Shown here: one piece after another, positions 48,354-62,639 of the stretch
How positions within the stretch are numbered: position 1 is the first letter of the stretch
How the letters are laid out: every line of letters starts with the position of its first letter
Assembly (NCBI RefSeq): GCF_026571515.1
Contig: NW_026861730.1
Location: 186,001-250,000 of the forward strand
Length of the DNA stretch: 64,000 bases
Direction: 5' to 3'
From: Ruditapes philippinarum
Lineage: Eukaryota
The notes under the pieces: model-generated
Databases searched by the model: none
Seen by the model: the letters and a program-made list of their open reading frames with translations, nothing else
Told to the model about the DNA's origin: nothing
Position numbers and translations under genes: made by a program

Positions 48354-50476
48354 CAGGGGGCCGTTTTATCAACGTGTCGTAGTCTACGACAATTTTTTGT
48401 CGGTGTCGTACGTCTGCGACAATGTCGTACGACCGTTTTATGAAACGTGTCGCAGACGTTGTGTTTCTGCGACGTCGCAGCCTTTGTCGTAGACAATAAT
48501 TCACGCGAGACACAGTCTAGCCAGTGCGCGCTTTGACGTCACATATGAAATCAAAGTACTAAAAGTACTGATGGAATTTAAATGATTATTATCAAACGGG
48601 TAAATTTACATGATTATTATAAAACGGATAAATACCTTTAGTGTCAGTCAAAGAACAAATTTAGTGAGAAAATACAGCATATATTTTCTCGATTCACCCC
48701 TTAAAATACTAAATCACGCTACGGTTCCACCATTAATGCCGGGTCTGTACTGAATGCTAAAGGCACATTATGTCTCAGTCTAAGCAAGTTTCTGAACACG
48801 GGTTTTATAACGTTTAGATAACTATTTTAAAGCATGCAGCCGCTTATGACTTGAAGCGGTGAATGTAAAATTATTAACCAAAAATGTCAACAAAGTAGTA
48901 TTTGACTTTTATACAAAATTCTAAATAACTATCACAACTAGATTGCCAAAAATTAACAGACGCAAAAGATGGAAACGACCGATCAGCCACTTTTGGAAAT
49001 TAAAACAGAAAACTAAAAAATAAAAAGCATTTTTAAGAAACGCCAAAAAGTATGTTCATAGTACTTTAATAGTAAATAGCACCGGACTTTTCAAGTATAT
49101 CGTGTGGCGATCAATCGGAATGTCACGGCTATTATCTATAATAACATCGGAGTTTATACGGATTGAAAGTAGTTACACCACGTAAGGAATACGCACATTT
49201 GTTTCAAACTTTGCTGTTACTCAACTGATTTTAACGAGATAAGGTTCAGAGCACCGTGACTATACAAGCTATCCACAGTATATAAAAACTAAAAAAATAA
49301 TAACCTGAAAGCATTCGAGTATAGCCATTTTTCATAGTATTTTCCGAGAAAAACGGTACAGACTCGAATATAAGAACAAGCGAATAACTAGTCCCTTGTC
49401 TTTCTCATTGTTTGACACAAAAAATATAATATACATGTATAGTAAAGATGTTGTGTTACCTATGACGGTCGAGTATGAAATAGCGCGTAAGTTATGAATA
49501 AGCAAAAAAATTATCAACAGGCTACTTAAAGATATATATACGTATATCTCATGTAGTTGTAGTATACAAAATAACTCCCCACCCCGGGATTGCAAATTAC
49601 GTAGTTACAGTTCGGATTCTAGATTTTTTTTAAGAATTAAAATGCATAATTAATACACCATGCAAATTGTGCAGACTGAATTATTATATGTACACTGTAT
49701 ATTGCAGTTTACCATAAAATTTGATAATTTCAACATTAGTGCTTTTCATCCACGGTAACTTTTAGTTAATGTCGCCTTGTCTTGTTGATCTTTTTTATAT
49801 TCTATTGACTGTTGTTTTTTTTCTTTTTAAAATTGTTTTTCCGGAGTCATGACCACGGTAACTTTCCTGTGTCCTTTATTTTATACCATATGGGGTTTCT
49901 TCAAAGAAATATCTAAATTTATGTAAAATCTAGTTAAAATATTATGATTTCTCCAAAATTAATGTGAAATAAAAAAGATGTGAGTTTATTTATTTTTTAT
50001 TCTTTTTTCCGAAGACATCTTTGGAACTCATTATTAATAGAATCGAGTATGACCGTAAGGTCATATTTGCTCCAAACGAACGATATTTTAGACATTTTTA
50101 TAGGGTATAAGATTTGTATATTCTGTCTCTTTCTTATACTTAGAGCGCATGTATGAAGTCCCTTTATAAGCGATTGAAATTAAAAGAAAACAAAAAACAA
50201 TTGAAAAATGTTGTTTGTTTTTTTTATTCTGAAAAAGTGATTTCATAAAAAGAACGTGCTGAGCATGTACATGTATACATGTAAACAGTGATCGCCAATC
50301 TTGACGTCACAGAAACGTCGTACGACAGCCCTAACCCTGTCGTAGAGCTGCGACATTTTCTACGACGTCGTAGGCTACGACAAACGTTAATAAAACGGTC
50401 TTAACGTTCTGCGACATGTCTGCGACAAAAAACTAGCCTACGACGTGTCGTAGAGCGTTGATAAAACGCCCCCCTG
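48354..50476. mobile_element. 2.1-kb non-autonomous TIR element
   Basis: 21-bp TIR cagggggccgttttatcaacg / cgttgataaaacgcccccctg (1 mismatch). Subterminal arrays of gtcgtag/ctacgac/gtcgcag; AT-rich non-coding interior. Confidence 0.85.
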
Positions 50477-50681
50477 GTGCGTTGTAGGAGATGTTACTTA
50501 GTTGCTACGGCGTCCTTACTGTGATCCCATAGCGCTCTCAAAATGCGCGCCGTCGGTCGGCGTTCTATGCGATCCTGCGGCGATGTTGCGGCGATGTTTG
50601 CGATCTCACTGCGCTCACCTCGGCGTTTTGAACTTTCTTTGGACGCCGTAAAAACGCCGTCCTAGTGTGACAGGGGTTTTA

Positions 50682-53600
50682 CGGAGAAAAACATTTATAT
50701 GACAATTAGCGAATAAATATAACTTGACTTTTGACCAGTCTAGTCAATGGTGAATAATGAAAGTTTTACATTAAGAACCGGAAGTGTCAACCTGGTAATG
50801 ATATCTTCCAATTTAATTTGCTATTTGTATAATTTTCATTAAAATCTTGAGAAAGGAAAATTCCTCGAGTGCAAAGAAAACAAACAAAAGATTTACTTCA
50901 TATTTTCTGTTTTCATATTTCTTTTATAAATTCAGTGGGAAATATTCGACAGGTACGTCAACTCCTGGATCAACTACATGAATTGAATGGACATATGTTA
51001 GATTATAGAAAATAACGGCATAGATTCTTGGCTTTATACAACATTATAGAAAGTATTTTTACTTCACGAAAATGTTATAAACATATCTTTTATCATTTCA
51101 ATTTTATTTTATTAACGTCCATCTGTTTATTTTGAATAAAAAACGTTATACAAAACCTTTCTGGGTGTTTATAGACATTTAATAAAACATGTTACTATTT
51201 ATGATGTTCTACATATTATATGTTATTTGGCTTTTTGAGTGATATATGTGGATATAATACCTGCCAAGATTTTAATATATCCACATATTTCACTCCAAAA
51301 CACTATTAACAATTTTATTACCCTTCCCCTACCGAGTAATACGATTAAAAAATTAAATCATGAAACGTCGAAATAAGATTCAATTTAGGGTAACCATTCA
51401 TTGCAAAATGATGCCATGATCTACATGAAGTATTTGCCTTATTACCTAACGAATGTAAACAAGAGAAAAGAAGCAGTCTGTGGAAGACAAATTTTTGTAA
51501 TTAATAAGAAGCTTTGAGGAGGTCATATTAGTTTTAAATACTGATGAGAATATTTATCATTACTCTATTTTTAGTAAATATTTTTTATTTGACAGTTAAA
51601 AAGTGCTTGTTTATTGGAATTTTCGCTGCGCAACATCGAACCATACGCGCATTGCCACAGCGCATATTGTTTACAACGTGGGGTACCCAAAGGGGAAATT
51701 TAATGTGAAACTGAATGTAACCGAATGAACAGCAATGGAAAAGTATATGAAAAGAAAATGAAAGAAAAACAAAAAACAACCCAAAACAAAAACAACAACA
51801 GCAACAAAAAACAACAACAAAATACGGCAATAATTAAATTTACTACGGTTTCTCTGTTACAATATGGTTTCTCTGTCATTGTCGACTTAGACGACATGTT
51901 CAAAAGAGCTAGAACATTTCTGTAAATACCAAAGATATTGATTACAACTAGTAATTTGGTTTCAGCTTTTAATTAATCAAGTTTAGCAAGCAGTCACAAT
52001 TAAAGTTAAAGGAACACCTTATGCCAATGTTAAAACATAATTAGTATTAGAGACGTATGACCTTTCTATCTTGTACTTTCCAGGGAAAACACCTATAAAG
52101 GAAATAATTAATTGTAATTCATGAACTTAATATTCTTCAAACACAATTTTTTGGATCTTGTATAAGGAACTTTCATTTTGTCGCTACGTTAGAAATAAGG
52201 CCCATTCATCCTGGCTAACGTTTCTATGAGCTTCGTGCACGTCTAGTTTGACTGTTTCCTATGAGGTAAATTCTTTGCATGCACATACTTACTGGGAGAT
52301 CCGTTCATATCGTTTACCCCTTTTTATGAAGCACGCTCATTTTATGTACATGTTTCTTATGAGGTGCGTTCATGTTCACGTTTTCTGGGAGATCCATTCA
52401 TTTCAGGTACACGTTTTCTGGGAGATCCGTTCATTTCGTTTAATACGCGTTTTCTATTAGGTCCGAGTTAGTTCTGGAAAAAGGGAATGTATGATGTGGT
52501 ATTCAAGATATTATTATAAGTAACGTTAAATTTTATAATATCTTGTCATTTTCAATACTTAACACATCTTGTATTCATCTTAATTTTATGTATCTTTAGA
52601 AACGATTTTGTGGTATGAAGTGTATTTTACAGGTATAAAATTGAAATAATTATACTGTGCTCTTTTTAGTTTACGGTACTTTACGCTTTGAATCAAGAAG
52701 AAAAACAAACAACGAATTCACGGTACAAAAATTGTCATAAGATGTAACATTTAGGTATTTTCTGCTTTATGACACAAAAAACAACAAACATATTCAATCA
52801 AAATCAGAATTAATAGTCAAGTCGTTGATCTTAGCTCAGCCATTTTCAAAACAGAAAATCATCATTAAAATCTCGATAAATGGTGTTACACACTTGCTTT
52901 ACATGTTTTAGTTAAACTTACTAATGTTATATTGCTCAAGTTTAAATATTAAAACAACCTTTACGTCGTATATCAAAAGAAACTTTTTCACCAAACAAGA
53001 AAATTTAGAAAATGATGATTGGTTCGGACGTCTGCACACATTTTAACTGACTTTTGTAGCTTTTTGCAGGAACGAGTAAAATATTGTTTTAAATTATCTT
53101 AACCTGCAAATACAATATAAAAGTTTGTTATAATGTTACATCTAATGGGAAGAAAACATATTTCAGAAGAAATTTAATATCAAATTATATTTGGTCTGAT
53201 TTCAATATTGATTATCTTATGATGTACACAATTCACCCATCAAATAAGAAACCAATTTTTCGCAAACTCAATATGCTTAAAGCAACATTAAACCAATCTA
53301 AAATCTCCTTCCTCACCTTATTTCATACAATATTCCAAAAATATAAGGTTTTTCTTGACACTTTCAGAAATGTCAGGCCTTAGCACATCATAACAACAAA
53401 TTAAGGATCTAGGTAGGTGTTGACTTTTCATCAGTGGTCCCAATAGTGGGGTCAAATAGAACAAAAACAAAGAATAGTGACTGCATTTGGTGGTCTTAAA
53501 TGTGGATAAGAGAGGTGGTCCTAATTCTGGATCATATAACCATTGACATAAAGAACAGAAAACTCCGTTCTTATAAAATTGGTCTTAATTTAATAGCGAG

Positions 53601-55301
53601 GTGGTCTTAATTCCGGGGTGGTCCTAAGTAGAGATTCTTCTGTATTTATTTCAATAGCCGGTCGATTTGATCATTTTTGAACTTATATTGATTATCGACA
53701 TATATCATTTTCAAATTATAGACTCCATATAAACTAAAGACAATTTGCAAAGTCTCTAAATTGCCATTTTTTCTTGTCTTGTCATCATTAAAAATAAAAA
53801 AAAAATCATCAATTTCCCTGTCTATAATAATATAAAATAAAATAAAACAAATATATGATAGAACATGACATAGACTTATTAATTATCTACATAAAACATG
53901 ATCCCGTCTGTATAATTACAAGGATGTCATACGTGGGCAATAAACCTTTCACTACCTCTTAGAATCTAGCTTAGACTAGTTCAGACCGGTTTTATGCGAT
54001 ATGTTTACTGAATGTCTTTAGATTCAACAGAATTATATGAAGTTTAATACGTAAAAATTAATTTCCGTTGACAGGAATATATATAAAATATAGAGAGAAA
54101 GTTTTTACCTCATTGCCTTATTTATTGAGAAAGATTCTTTTAAATGCTTTTAAATTATTAGTTTTTTGCTGATACTTTTGTTAGAGAATATTGTTATACA
54201 GCAAAAATGTCAATCATTGGAGCCTGTATTTTTGCAACCTTGCAAATATTTCAAGTTGGTTTTATTTTTATTATCAACTTTACAATGTCATTAAGAGACA
54301 GTGAATCAATCAAAACCAAAGATAAACGACACCACACTCAGAGGGTTATTGTGCTATAATGGTATTAACACTTGTCTCACCTAATCAAAAATGACTTATT
54401 AATAATAAAAAAATCAATTAACATATACGAATTCCATTGTCATTCAATAAGATCGTGATCTTCGTGTATATGTCAGTTATGACGTCATCACCATATAAGT
54501 ACAATATATCACGCGCTTATTTTTTCAAAGTTTGCCGTAAAAGACGACGCAAAATCAAATAAATCATCTGTAAAGGAAAACATCAGAATTATTTATTGCT
54601 TCCTTTGTTATACTCTGTTCCATTTTTAGTAAGTAGGTCCATAATTAAGTGACACTATGTAAATATGTAGTGCTCTACTGGATAAGAACAAAACATGAAC
54701 ATAATTGTTTAACAATGTTATTACCGCTAAATAGTAAATCACATGAATTGCATCCTGCATTAAATTAGCCATTAAGAAATTTACTAACCTATAAATGAAT
54801 AGACAAATAAATAAATAAATAAATAAATAAATAAAATACCACAAACACGAACTATCTTTAAAAATTTTATCCGACCGAAATAAAACTGGTTAACTTGCAT
54901 ATGTTATTTCTTCTAAGTTTTCGATTCATATAGAAATGTTAACAATGCTTGCATAACAATGACATAATAATTTGTTGTAGCAAAGAAAAGCAAAACAAAA
55001 CCAACACCATATTCTAATCAAAGAAATTAAATTATAAGCATATTGTTATTGTCCTTTCAATTCAATGTAGGACAACATTTATTTTACACTATTTAAAAAC
55101 TTGTTTTTACGTTTGACTTTATAAATTTTGTAATCATATGCAATGGCAGCATTATGTAAAGAATCGCATAAAAAATTTGCAAATAGGAATGAAAGGATAA
55201 TGGAAAGTATACAATCAGCAAACTACTTATAAACATTTTATCTTTAATTTCATTACAGTTCTTTCTGAAATGGCATAAACTATCCATTACATTTTATTTA
55301 C
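50682..55301 (-). repeat. duplicated upstream region of a lost minus-strand lectin copy (direct paralogue of ~58470-62245)
   Basis: 53760-55300 nearly identical to 60700-62245; 50720 aacttgacttttgaccagtct matches 58499. Confidence 0.9.
53480..53643. mobile_element. right end of a pogo-like MITE related to 39102-39719
   Basis: aaagaacagaaaactccgttc..ggtggtcttaattccggggtggtcctaagtagagattcttctg|TA; left end not found. Confidence 0.6.
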
Positions 55302-55505
55302 TCTACTAAAATAAATCCATGATGTAATGATTACACGACGCACAAGGCACACAATATGGTATCCCGATAAACGCAAGTATTTCAATGTTCTTAGTTTTTA
55401 TTCATATGGAACTAATGTGCAAGAACTAAAATAAAAAGGAAATGAAAAGAAAAATATCTTTTTAACATGCAATTATTTAGAAATAAACTTATATCATAAT
55501 AGCTT

Positions 55506-58216
55506 TTAAAGAGTGTAATTACATTGCCTGTCAAATAATCCGAAATACTTTCCATCACCTGAAGTTTTTGTTTCAATACAATAATTATCAGTTGGACTGT
55601 CCACCGCTGGTCGTCCTTATAGCCAGAGGTTTCCTCCATTTGACACATCTATTGTTTACCCTGACAACCATTCAAATTTATTTGAACCAACTACCGACTG
55701 TTTACCGGCTATACAGTATTTGGTATCGTATGTATACGAAAGAAGATGATGACGATGAAGAAGAATAAATAGAAAAAGATGAAGAAGAGACACAACAACA
55801 AAACCCCGGCATTTACGTGAAGATATCAATGGACAATCACTTTTGCAGAGCTGTAAACCATTGTTTTAAAGTTGTAAACAAATGACTATAACTTTTGACT
55901 ATTTTAGATAAAAATATTTAAATGAATGTTTTTTTCCAGTAGAAGATAAATGTCATTTCAGTGTTTCTCTTCTTCTTGTTTTTTTAAATATGCCATTTGA
56001 TATCTTTTAAGAAGTACGTTTATGTTTGTAATGTTTTTAAAATACTAGTTAATAATAATCAAGTTAGCAGACCCGATAAATGGAAAGAAATTTTAGTTAT
56101 TTATTCCATTAAGAAGAAAAATGGAACATTTAAAACTGAAACCATAGTTCAAATTAGCAAGTATTTATAAAAAAGAAAGAAAAAAAGAACACCAACATTG
56201 TTCTGGAAAGTCTTCAATGAAATCGAGCACCGCATATATGGTCGCGTTAATGAAATGACTCCCTTCCTTTCCACAATCTTCCTTCGCATCGTTCCATGAG
56301 AGTCTGTTTGAGGATTTGTAGCGTATACATTTATTTAATGACGTCACGTATGTATAACCAGTGATATTACAACAGTCCACTGCAAAAAAGCAGATATATT
56401 TTTACTACTTCTGTTAAGATGTGCTGTCGTATGAAAATGTGCTTGGTTTAAATGAAACATTGTTTCAAAAATCATCATCGTCTGTTTGATAGATGTTTCA
56501 GTAAAATTTAACATTATTTATATTTATTGTTATTCTGTATACTAGATAAAACAAAATAATTATGATAACAGCACAAAACGTACGTTTAAGATCGTTATAA
56601 AACACCAAAAAGTTAAAATATAACCTATTTTATTGATGTGTATTTATAACATCAAAATATTTTAGTTCAATACGAATTGTCATTATCATGTTCAATGTTC
56701 CAAACTTACAATTTTTGTTATATATCGTGTGTAAGATATTAAGGAGACTTTTGGGAACAATTAAATATGATGTGTTGATAATATGATAGTGTTTCTAATT
56801 TCGAGAATATGATAGTGTTTCTAATTTCGAGAAATTGGGTAGGGGATGCTGGGTGCAATATAACCGATAGGTATGTACCGTGTTTCGAACTTCCAACAAA
56901 ATCACCAACTTTATAGTACCTGTCCGTCTTTAGTGAACATTCAGTGCTCGCTGTCGAAAACATTACGTCGAACAAAAAACATGTTTTGTCCGCAGATGAA
57001 TATCTGAACACCGTGCATTTTGTATTAGCGTTGCACTCGGCTGTGCAGTGTGACAGAAATAGATTGTACAACAAACCAATTCTTCCGTACGGCGTCTGAC
57101 AGCCATCATGGAAATATGACCACTTTTCAGAACAAGCTGTGTAAAATGAATAAAAAAATAATCAACTTTCTTAACTTTCTTTATACCGATAAACTTCGAT
57201 ACCGCAGTATGCCGTTATTAAAGAAAATCAATCCTTAATGACTGCGCAAGTTTAAAACTATAAAATGTGTGGTTTACATTAATCAGTAAAACCAAAAGCA
57301 ATATCTTCTAAAAATATGATTAGCCTGTCCGTGCTCTGCCTTGTGCCCTGTCCTGTTTTTGTTTGGGATCCTCCTGGGCTCCTTGTCGCTGGTTCTTGTT
57401 GCTGGGTCGTGTGGGAGTTGCGTTCATTGAAAAAAACTCATCAAAATTAAGTAGCCAGAGTTAAGTAGTGTACTTCCCTGACATGAATCATTGGTCAATG
57501 AATACAAATATGATTCAAGGTATTTGCAAAAAGCGCTATGTTTAATATAAAATGATGATAGTCAAATATTTTTACTCGTTAAATTTTAGAAACGCCTCTT
57601 GTTCATATCTACGGCGTTTGTGAAGAGCACATTATTTGAAAAGACTACTATAATTCAAAATGTGTATTTACTCACTTTAGTGATCTTTTTTTAATAAATT
57701 ATAACAGAGCTTAATAATTACAAGAAAGAAAATGTTTGTTCAATTTTGCACCAGCGTTCTCTTGTCGCCAAATCCAGAAAAAAATATGAGACAAATAAAG
57801 AAATGTAGTTGCCAAGGACGTCCGTCAAAGTGCTAAGATTTCGAAATGATGTGCAGTCAAAACAAATGTCAAAGTATTGTTATATTGTAAAATCTACCTT
57901 TGTGGTGCCATATAATTGTTATAAACTGTAAAATAAGCATTGTATGTACGAGTAAAGCAAACTTTAAGACATATTATATTAAAGTAGTGTCAAAAGATAT
58001 AATTCTAATTGTGATTCTATGCCATCGGCCAACGTACATGAAAAGGTACATGAAATCTAATAATTCAGAACAAAATAAAATGCTCACACTGACTTAAAGC
58101 ATCAATACATAAAGATGCCAAAGTGTAGGATTATTTGTTTTCACACAATTACCATTGTTTAAAGTTCCAATGAGAACACATGATAAGATGAGGTAATCCA
58201 CACACACATTGGCTAT
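55506..58216 (-). pseudogene. PAN-CTLD lectin copy 4, pseudogene
   Basis: Exon 1 58216-58153 (ATG>ATA and second ATG>GTG); exon 2 57136-56879 (open); exon 3 56379-56197 (open); exon 4 55729-55506 (acceptor CAG>CAT, TAA stops at 55658-55656 and 55619-55617, last Cys segment deleted). Confidence 0.92.
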
Positions 58217-59759
58217 GTTAATGAAACTTTTACGTCTGTTACAGACACGACTGTCATCACATGATTCTTCGGATAATTTGTACCATTGTGTTTACAGTAT
58301 AATTGTTCTTCCTGGAGAGTTTCATATTTGTTTGTTATCAAAACACTTTAACTCTACAATAATAAGGTATTTATCAATGAGAGAAAAACTATCCGAATAA
58401 ATGAAAATATTATTAAAAAGTTCTTTTTCCCGTAAGTGCATTTTGCTAATGTTTTCGAGAAAATAATTAATTTACGGAAACAAATATTTTTATAATGTAA
58501 CTTGACTTTTGACCAGTCTTGTAAAAGTTTTAAGCCCAGAACCGGAAATGTCAACCTGGAAATAATATCTTCCAATTTAATTTGCTATTTTCACATTTTC
58601 ATTAAAAATCTAGAGAAGAAGAGTAAAGAAAATAAAGAAATATCTTAAAAATATATAACATTCACTTTATTTTTGTTGTTAACATATTACTTTTATCAAA
58701 ATATTATGTAAGCATATTCGACCAGAACGTCAACTGCTTGAAAAAATATATGAATTGAATGGACAGATTTTAGACCATAGGAAATAGCGGCATATATTCT
58801 TGGTTGTTTGCAACATCATAGAAGAAAGTATTTTTACTTCAAGAACATATTATAAACATATCATTTATCATGTCAATTTTATTTTATTTACGTTCATCTG
58901 TTTATTTCAGAATATTTAGAGATTGAGAATATTTATCATTACTCTATTTTGGTATTTCTTTTTTATTTGACAGTGCTTGTATATCGGATTTATGCTGCGG
59001 AACATCGAACCGTACCCGCATCGTCACAGCACATATTGGGGTACCAAAATAGGAAATTAAATGTGTATATCACTCGTCTGGCTCGGTTATATCATTTTTT
59101 CGGCGGATCAATATCCAATAAAAAGGGGATTAACACGATTGACGGTAATAAATAGAAATATTAATTAGGACAAGAAACATCATGTTACTGAATTATAAAT
59201 AAAGAAGAACTATTAATATCCAAAACTAAATGTAACCAAATGAACAGCATGGAAATGTACATGAAAGAAAAAGAAAACAAGAAAAAAAAAAAAAAAAACA
59301 AAAAACAAAACAAAAATACCCCAACAAACATTACTGTAACTATGGTTTCTTTGTCATTGTGTACTCAGTATTAGACGACATGTTAAAAAGAGTTTCTGTA
59401 AATACTAAATATATTGATTACAACAAATAATTTGGTTTCAGCTTTGAATTAATCAAGTTTAGCAGGCAGTCACAATTAATTTCAAAGGAAACATCTGATG
59501 CCAATATTACAATAGAATTAGTATTACAGATGTATGACATATCTATGTTCCTGGGAAAACATCTATAAAGGAAACATTTAATTGTAATTCATGAAATAGA
59601 TATTCTTCAAACACTATTTATTGGATCTTGTATAAGGAGCTTTTATTTTTTCGATATAAATAAACAGAAATACGGCCCGTTCATCCTTAAGCTAGCTAAC
59701 ATTTCTATGAGCTCGAGCATTTCATGCATGTCTAGTTCATTTTGTTTGAACGTTTTCTA

Positions 59760-60100
59760 TCAGATCCATTCTTTGCATGTACATACTTTCTGGGAGATCC
59801 TTCTAAATTGTTTACCATTTCTGAAGACGGCTTATTTCATGTTCATTTTTCAAATGAGGTCCATTCATTTCATGTACACGTTTCCTGGGAGATCCGTTTA
59901 TATAATTTACCCCTTTTTGAAGACAGCTTATTTCATGTTAATGTTTGTAATGAGATCCGTTCATTTCATGTACACGTTTCCTGGGAGATCCGTTCATATA
60001 ATTTACCCCTTTTTGAAGACGGCTTATTTCATGTTAATGTTTGTAATGAGATCCGTTCATTTCATGTACACGTTTCCTGGGAGGTCCGTTCATTTCAGAT
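59760..60100. repeat. 96-bp tandem repeat built of ~32-bp subunits
   Basis: tttcctggga at 59881, 59977 and 60073. Shorter versions at ~52265-52455 and, inverted, at ~16200-16380. Confidence 0.9.
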
Positions 60101-62639
60101 AATGCAGGTTTTCTGTTAGACCCGGTGAAGTTCTGCACAAGGGGAATATATGATGGGGTCGATATATTGTTTTAAGGAACGTTACAATTCAATATTTCTT
60201 GTCATTTGTCATACTTAACACATCTTGTATTCATTTTAATTTAATAAATTTAATAAACTTTATTAATGATTTAAACTCTGGCATTTAGTGTATTTTACAG
60301 TTGTACGTGTTGAAAATGTTAAACAACAACAACAACAAATAAATCCCCCCAATAAAAAAGAAAACACATGAGGGTTACCTCTGTCTTCATGCACAACGAC
60401 ATACTTTACATAATGTTACTTACTTAAAACTTCTATGTATTTTAAGCTAAACGTTACATTTATGTGTTTACCATATTGGTCAACTTTAATATGGTCAGCG
60501 ACCGTAAATAGAGTACCTGCAATTAAGGAAATGAAAAATGTCATATAAAACGTATTCAAACATGTATCATATTATTTTATACTTCAATAGTCGGCTGATT
60601 TGATCACAAGGTTAATTTCGAACTTATATTGATAATCGACCTATATCATTTTCAAATTATAGAAAAGTTATAAACTCTATATGAACTAAATCAATTTGCA
60701 AAGTCTCTTAATTGCCTTTTTTTCTTGTCTTGTCATCATTAAGAATCATCAATTTCCCTGCCTATAATAATATAAAATAAAATAAAACAAATATACATGT
60801 ATGATAGAACATGACATAGACTTATTAATTATCTACATAAAATATGATCCCGTCTGTATAATTACAAGGATGTCATATGGGGGCAATAAACCTTTCACTA
60901 CCTCTGAGAATCTAGCTTAGACTAGTTCAGACCGGTTTCATGCGATATGTTTACTGAATGTCTTTAGATTCAACAGAATTATGTGAAGTTTAATAAATTA
61001 ATTTCCGTTGACAGGAATATATTTAAAAATATAGAGAGAAAGTTTTTACCTCATTGCCTTATTTATTGAGAAAGATTCTTTTTAATGCTTTTAAATTATT
61101 AGTTTTTTTGCTGATACTTTTGTTAGAGAGTATTGTTACACGACAAAAAAAGTCAATCATTGGAGCCTGTATTTTTGCAACCTTGCAAATATTTCAAGTT
61201 GGTTTTATTTTTATGATCAAATTTACAATGTCATTAAGAGACAGTGAATCAATCAAAACCAAAGATAAACGACACCACACTCAGAGGGTTATTGTGCTAT
61301 AATGGTATTAACACTTGCCTCACTTAATCAAAAATGACTTATTAATTATAAAAAAAATCAATTAACATATACGAATTCCATTGTCATTAATAAGATCGTG
61401 ATCTTCGTGTATATGTCAGTTATGACGTCATCACCATTTAAGTAAATATATATCGCGCTTATTTTTTCAGAGTTTGCCGTAAAAGACGAGGCAAAATCAA
61501 ATAAATCATCTGTAAAGGAAAACATCAGAATTATTTATTGCTTCCTTTGTCATACACTGTTCCATTTTTAGTAAGTAGGTCCGTAATTAAGTGACACTAT
61601 GTGAATATGTAAAGCTCTACTGGATAAGAACAAAACATGAACATAATTGTTTAACAATGTTATTATCGCTAAATAGTAAATCACATGAATTGTATCCTGC
61701 ATTAAATTAGCCATTTAGAAATTTACTAACCTATAAATGAATAGACAAATAAATAAATAAATAAATAAATACTAAAATACCACAAACACGAACTATCTTT
61801 AAAAAATATATCCGACCGAAATAAAACTGGTTAACTTGCATATGTTATTTCTTCTAAATTTTCGATTCATATAGAAATGTTAACAATGCTTGCAAAACAA
61901 TGACATACTAATTTGTTGTAGCAAAGAAAAGCAAAACAACACCAACACCATATTCTAATCAAAGAAATTAAATTATAAGCATATTGTTATTGTCCTTTCA
62001 ATTCAATGTACGACAACATTTATTTTACACTATTTAAAAACTTGTTTTTACGTTTGACTTTATAAATTTTGTAATCATATGCAATATTGGCAGCATTATT
62101 AAAAGAATTGCATAAAAAATTTGCAAATAGGAATGAAAGGATAATGGAAAGTATAAAATCAGCAAACTACTTACAAACATGTTATCTTTAATTTCATTAC
62201 AGTTCTTTCTGAAATGGCATAAACTATCCATTACATTTTATTTACATTTAATTTTAGAATGGCCAATGAGATTCCCATATTTCAGTTTATAATTTTAAAA
62301 TGGCCAATGACAATTCATGTTATATTCAGTTCTTCCCTGTATATTTTGCAGGAAGTCAAATTTTATAGCCTTTGGCCTAACGGCAAAGTGGCAAACTTAA
62401 AAATGTGAAGAGTCTGAAGAGCTGTAAATTCAAACAACCGTTCACCAGCCCGTACACACCATCATTTTAATATGCATAATGATAACATGTTTTAACCTAG
62501 TCCCATACCTACCCAATAATAATGATAATACTAATATAATGTAACAATATTAATAGTTATAATTATTATATCTAGAGAGCCAAATCTTACAAGCATACTA
62601 AACTTATTAATTATTATAAAGCCACCATCTGATCTGTGA

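Larger units (their letters stand above)
46836..50678. mobile_element. composite PIF/Harbinger-like element with duplicated right end
   Basis: TIR aggccctgtcacactag / ctagtgtgacaggggtt (right ends at 48301 and 50678). TTA TSD at 46833-46835 and 50679-50681, confirmed by the empty paralogous site near 58470. No transposase ORF. Confidence 0.85.

Noticed and set aside
47832-50476. Transposase ORFs inside the composite element
   Set aside because: Short ORFs come from GC-rich subterminal repeats or AT-rich filler; no DDE or other domain motif seen.
59707-60119. Repeat proteins of 131 and 125 aa with 32-aa periodicity
   Set aside because: Produced by a 96-bp DNA repeat open in two frames; the frame is not maintained in paralogues.
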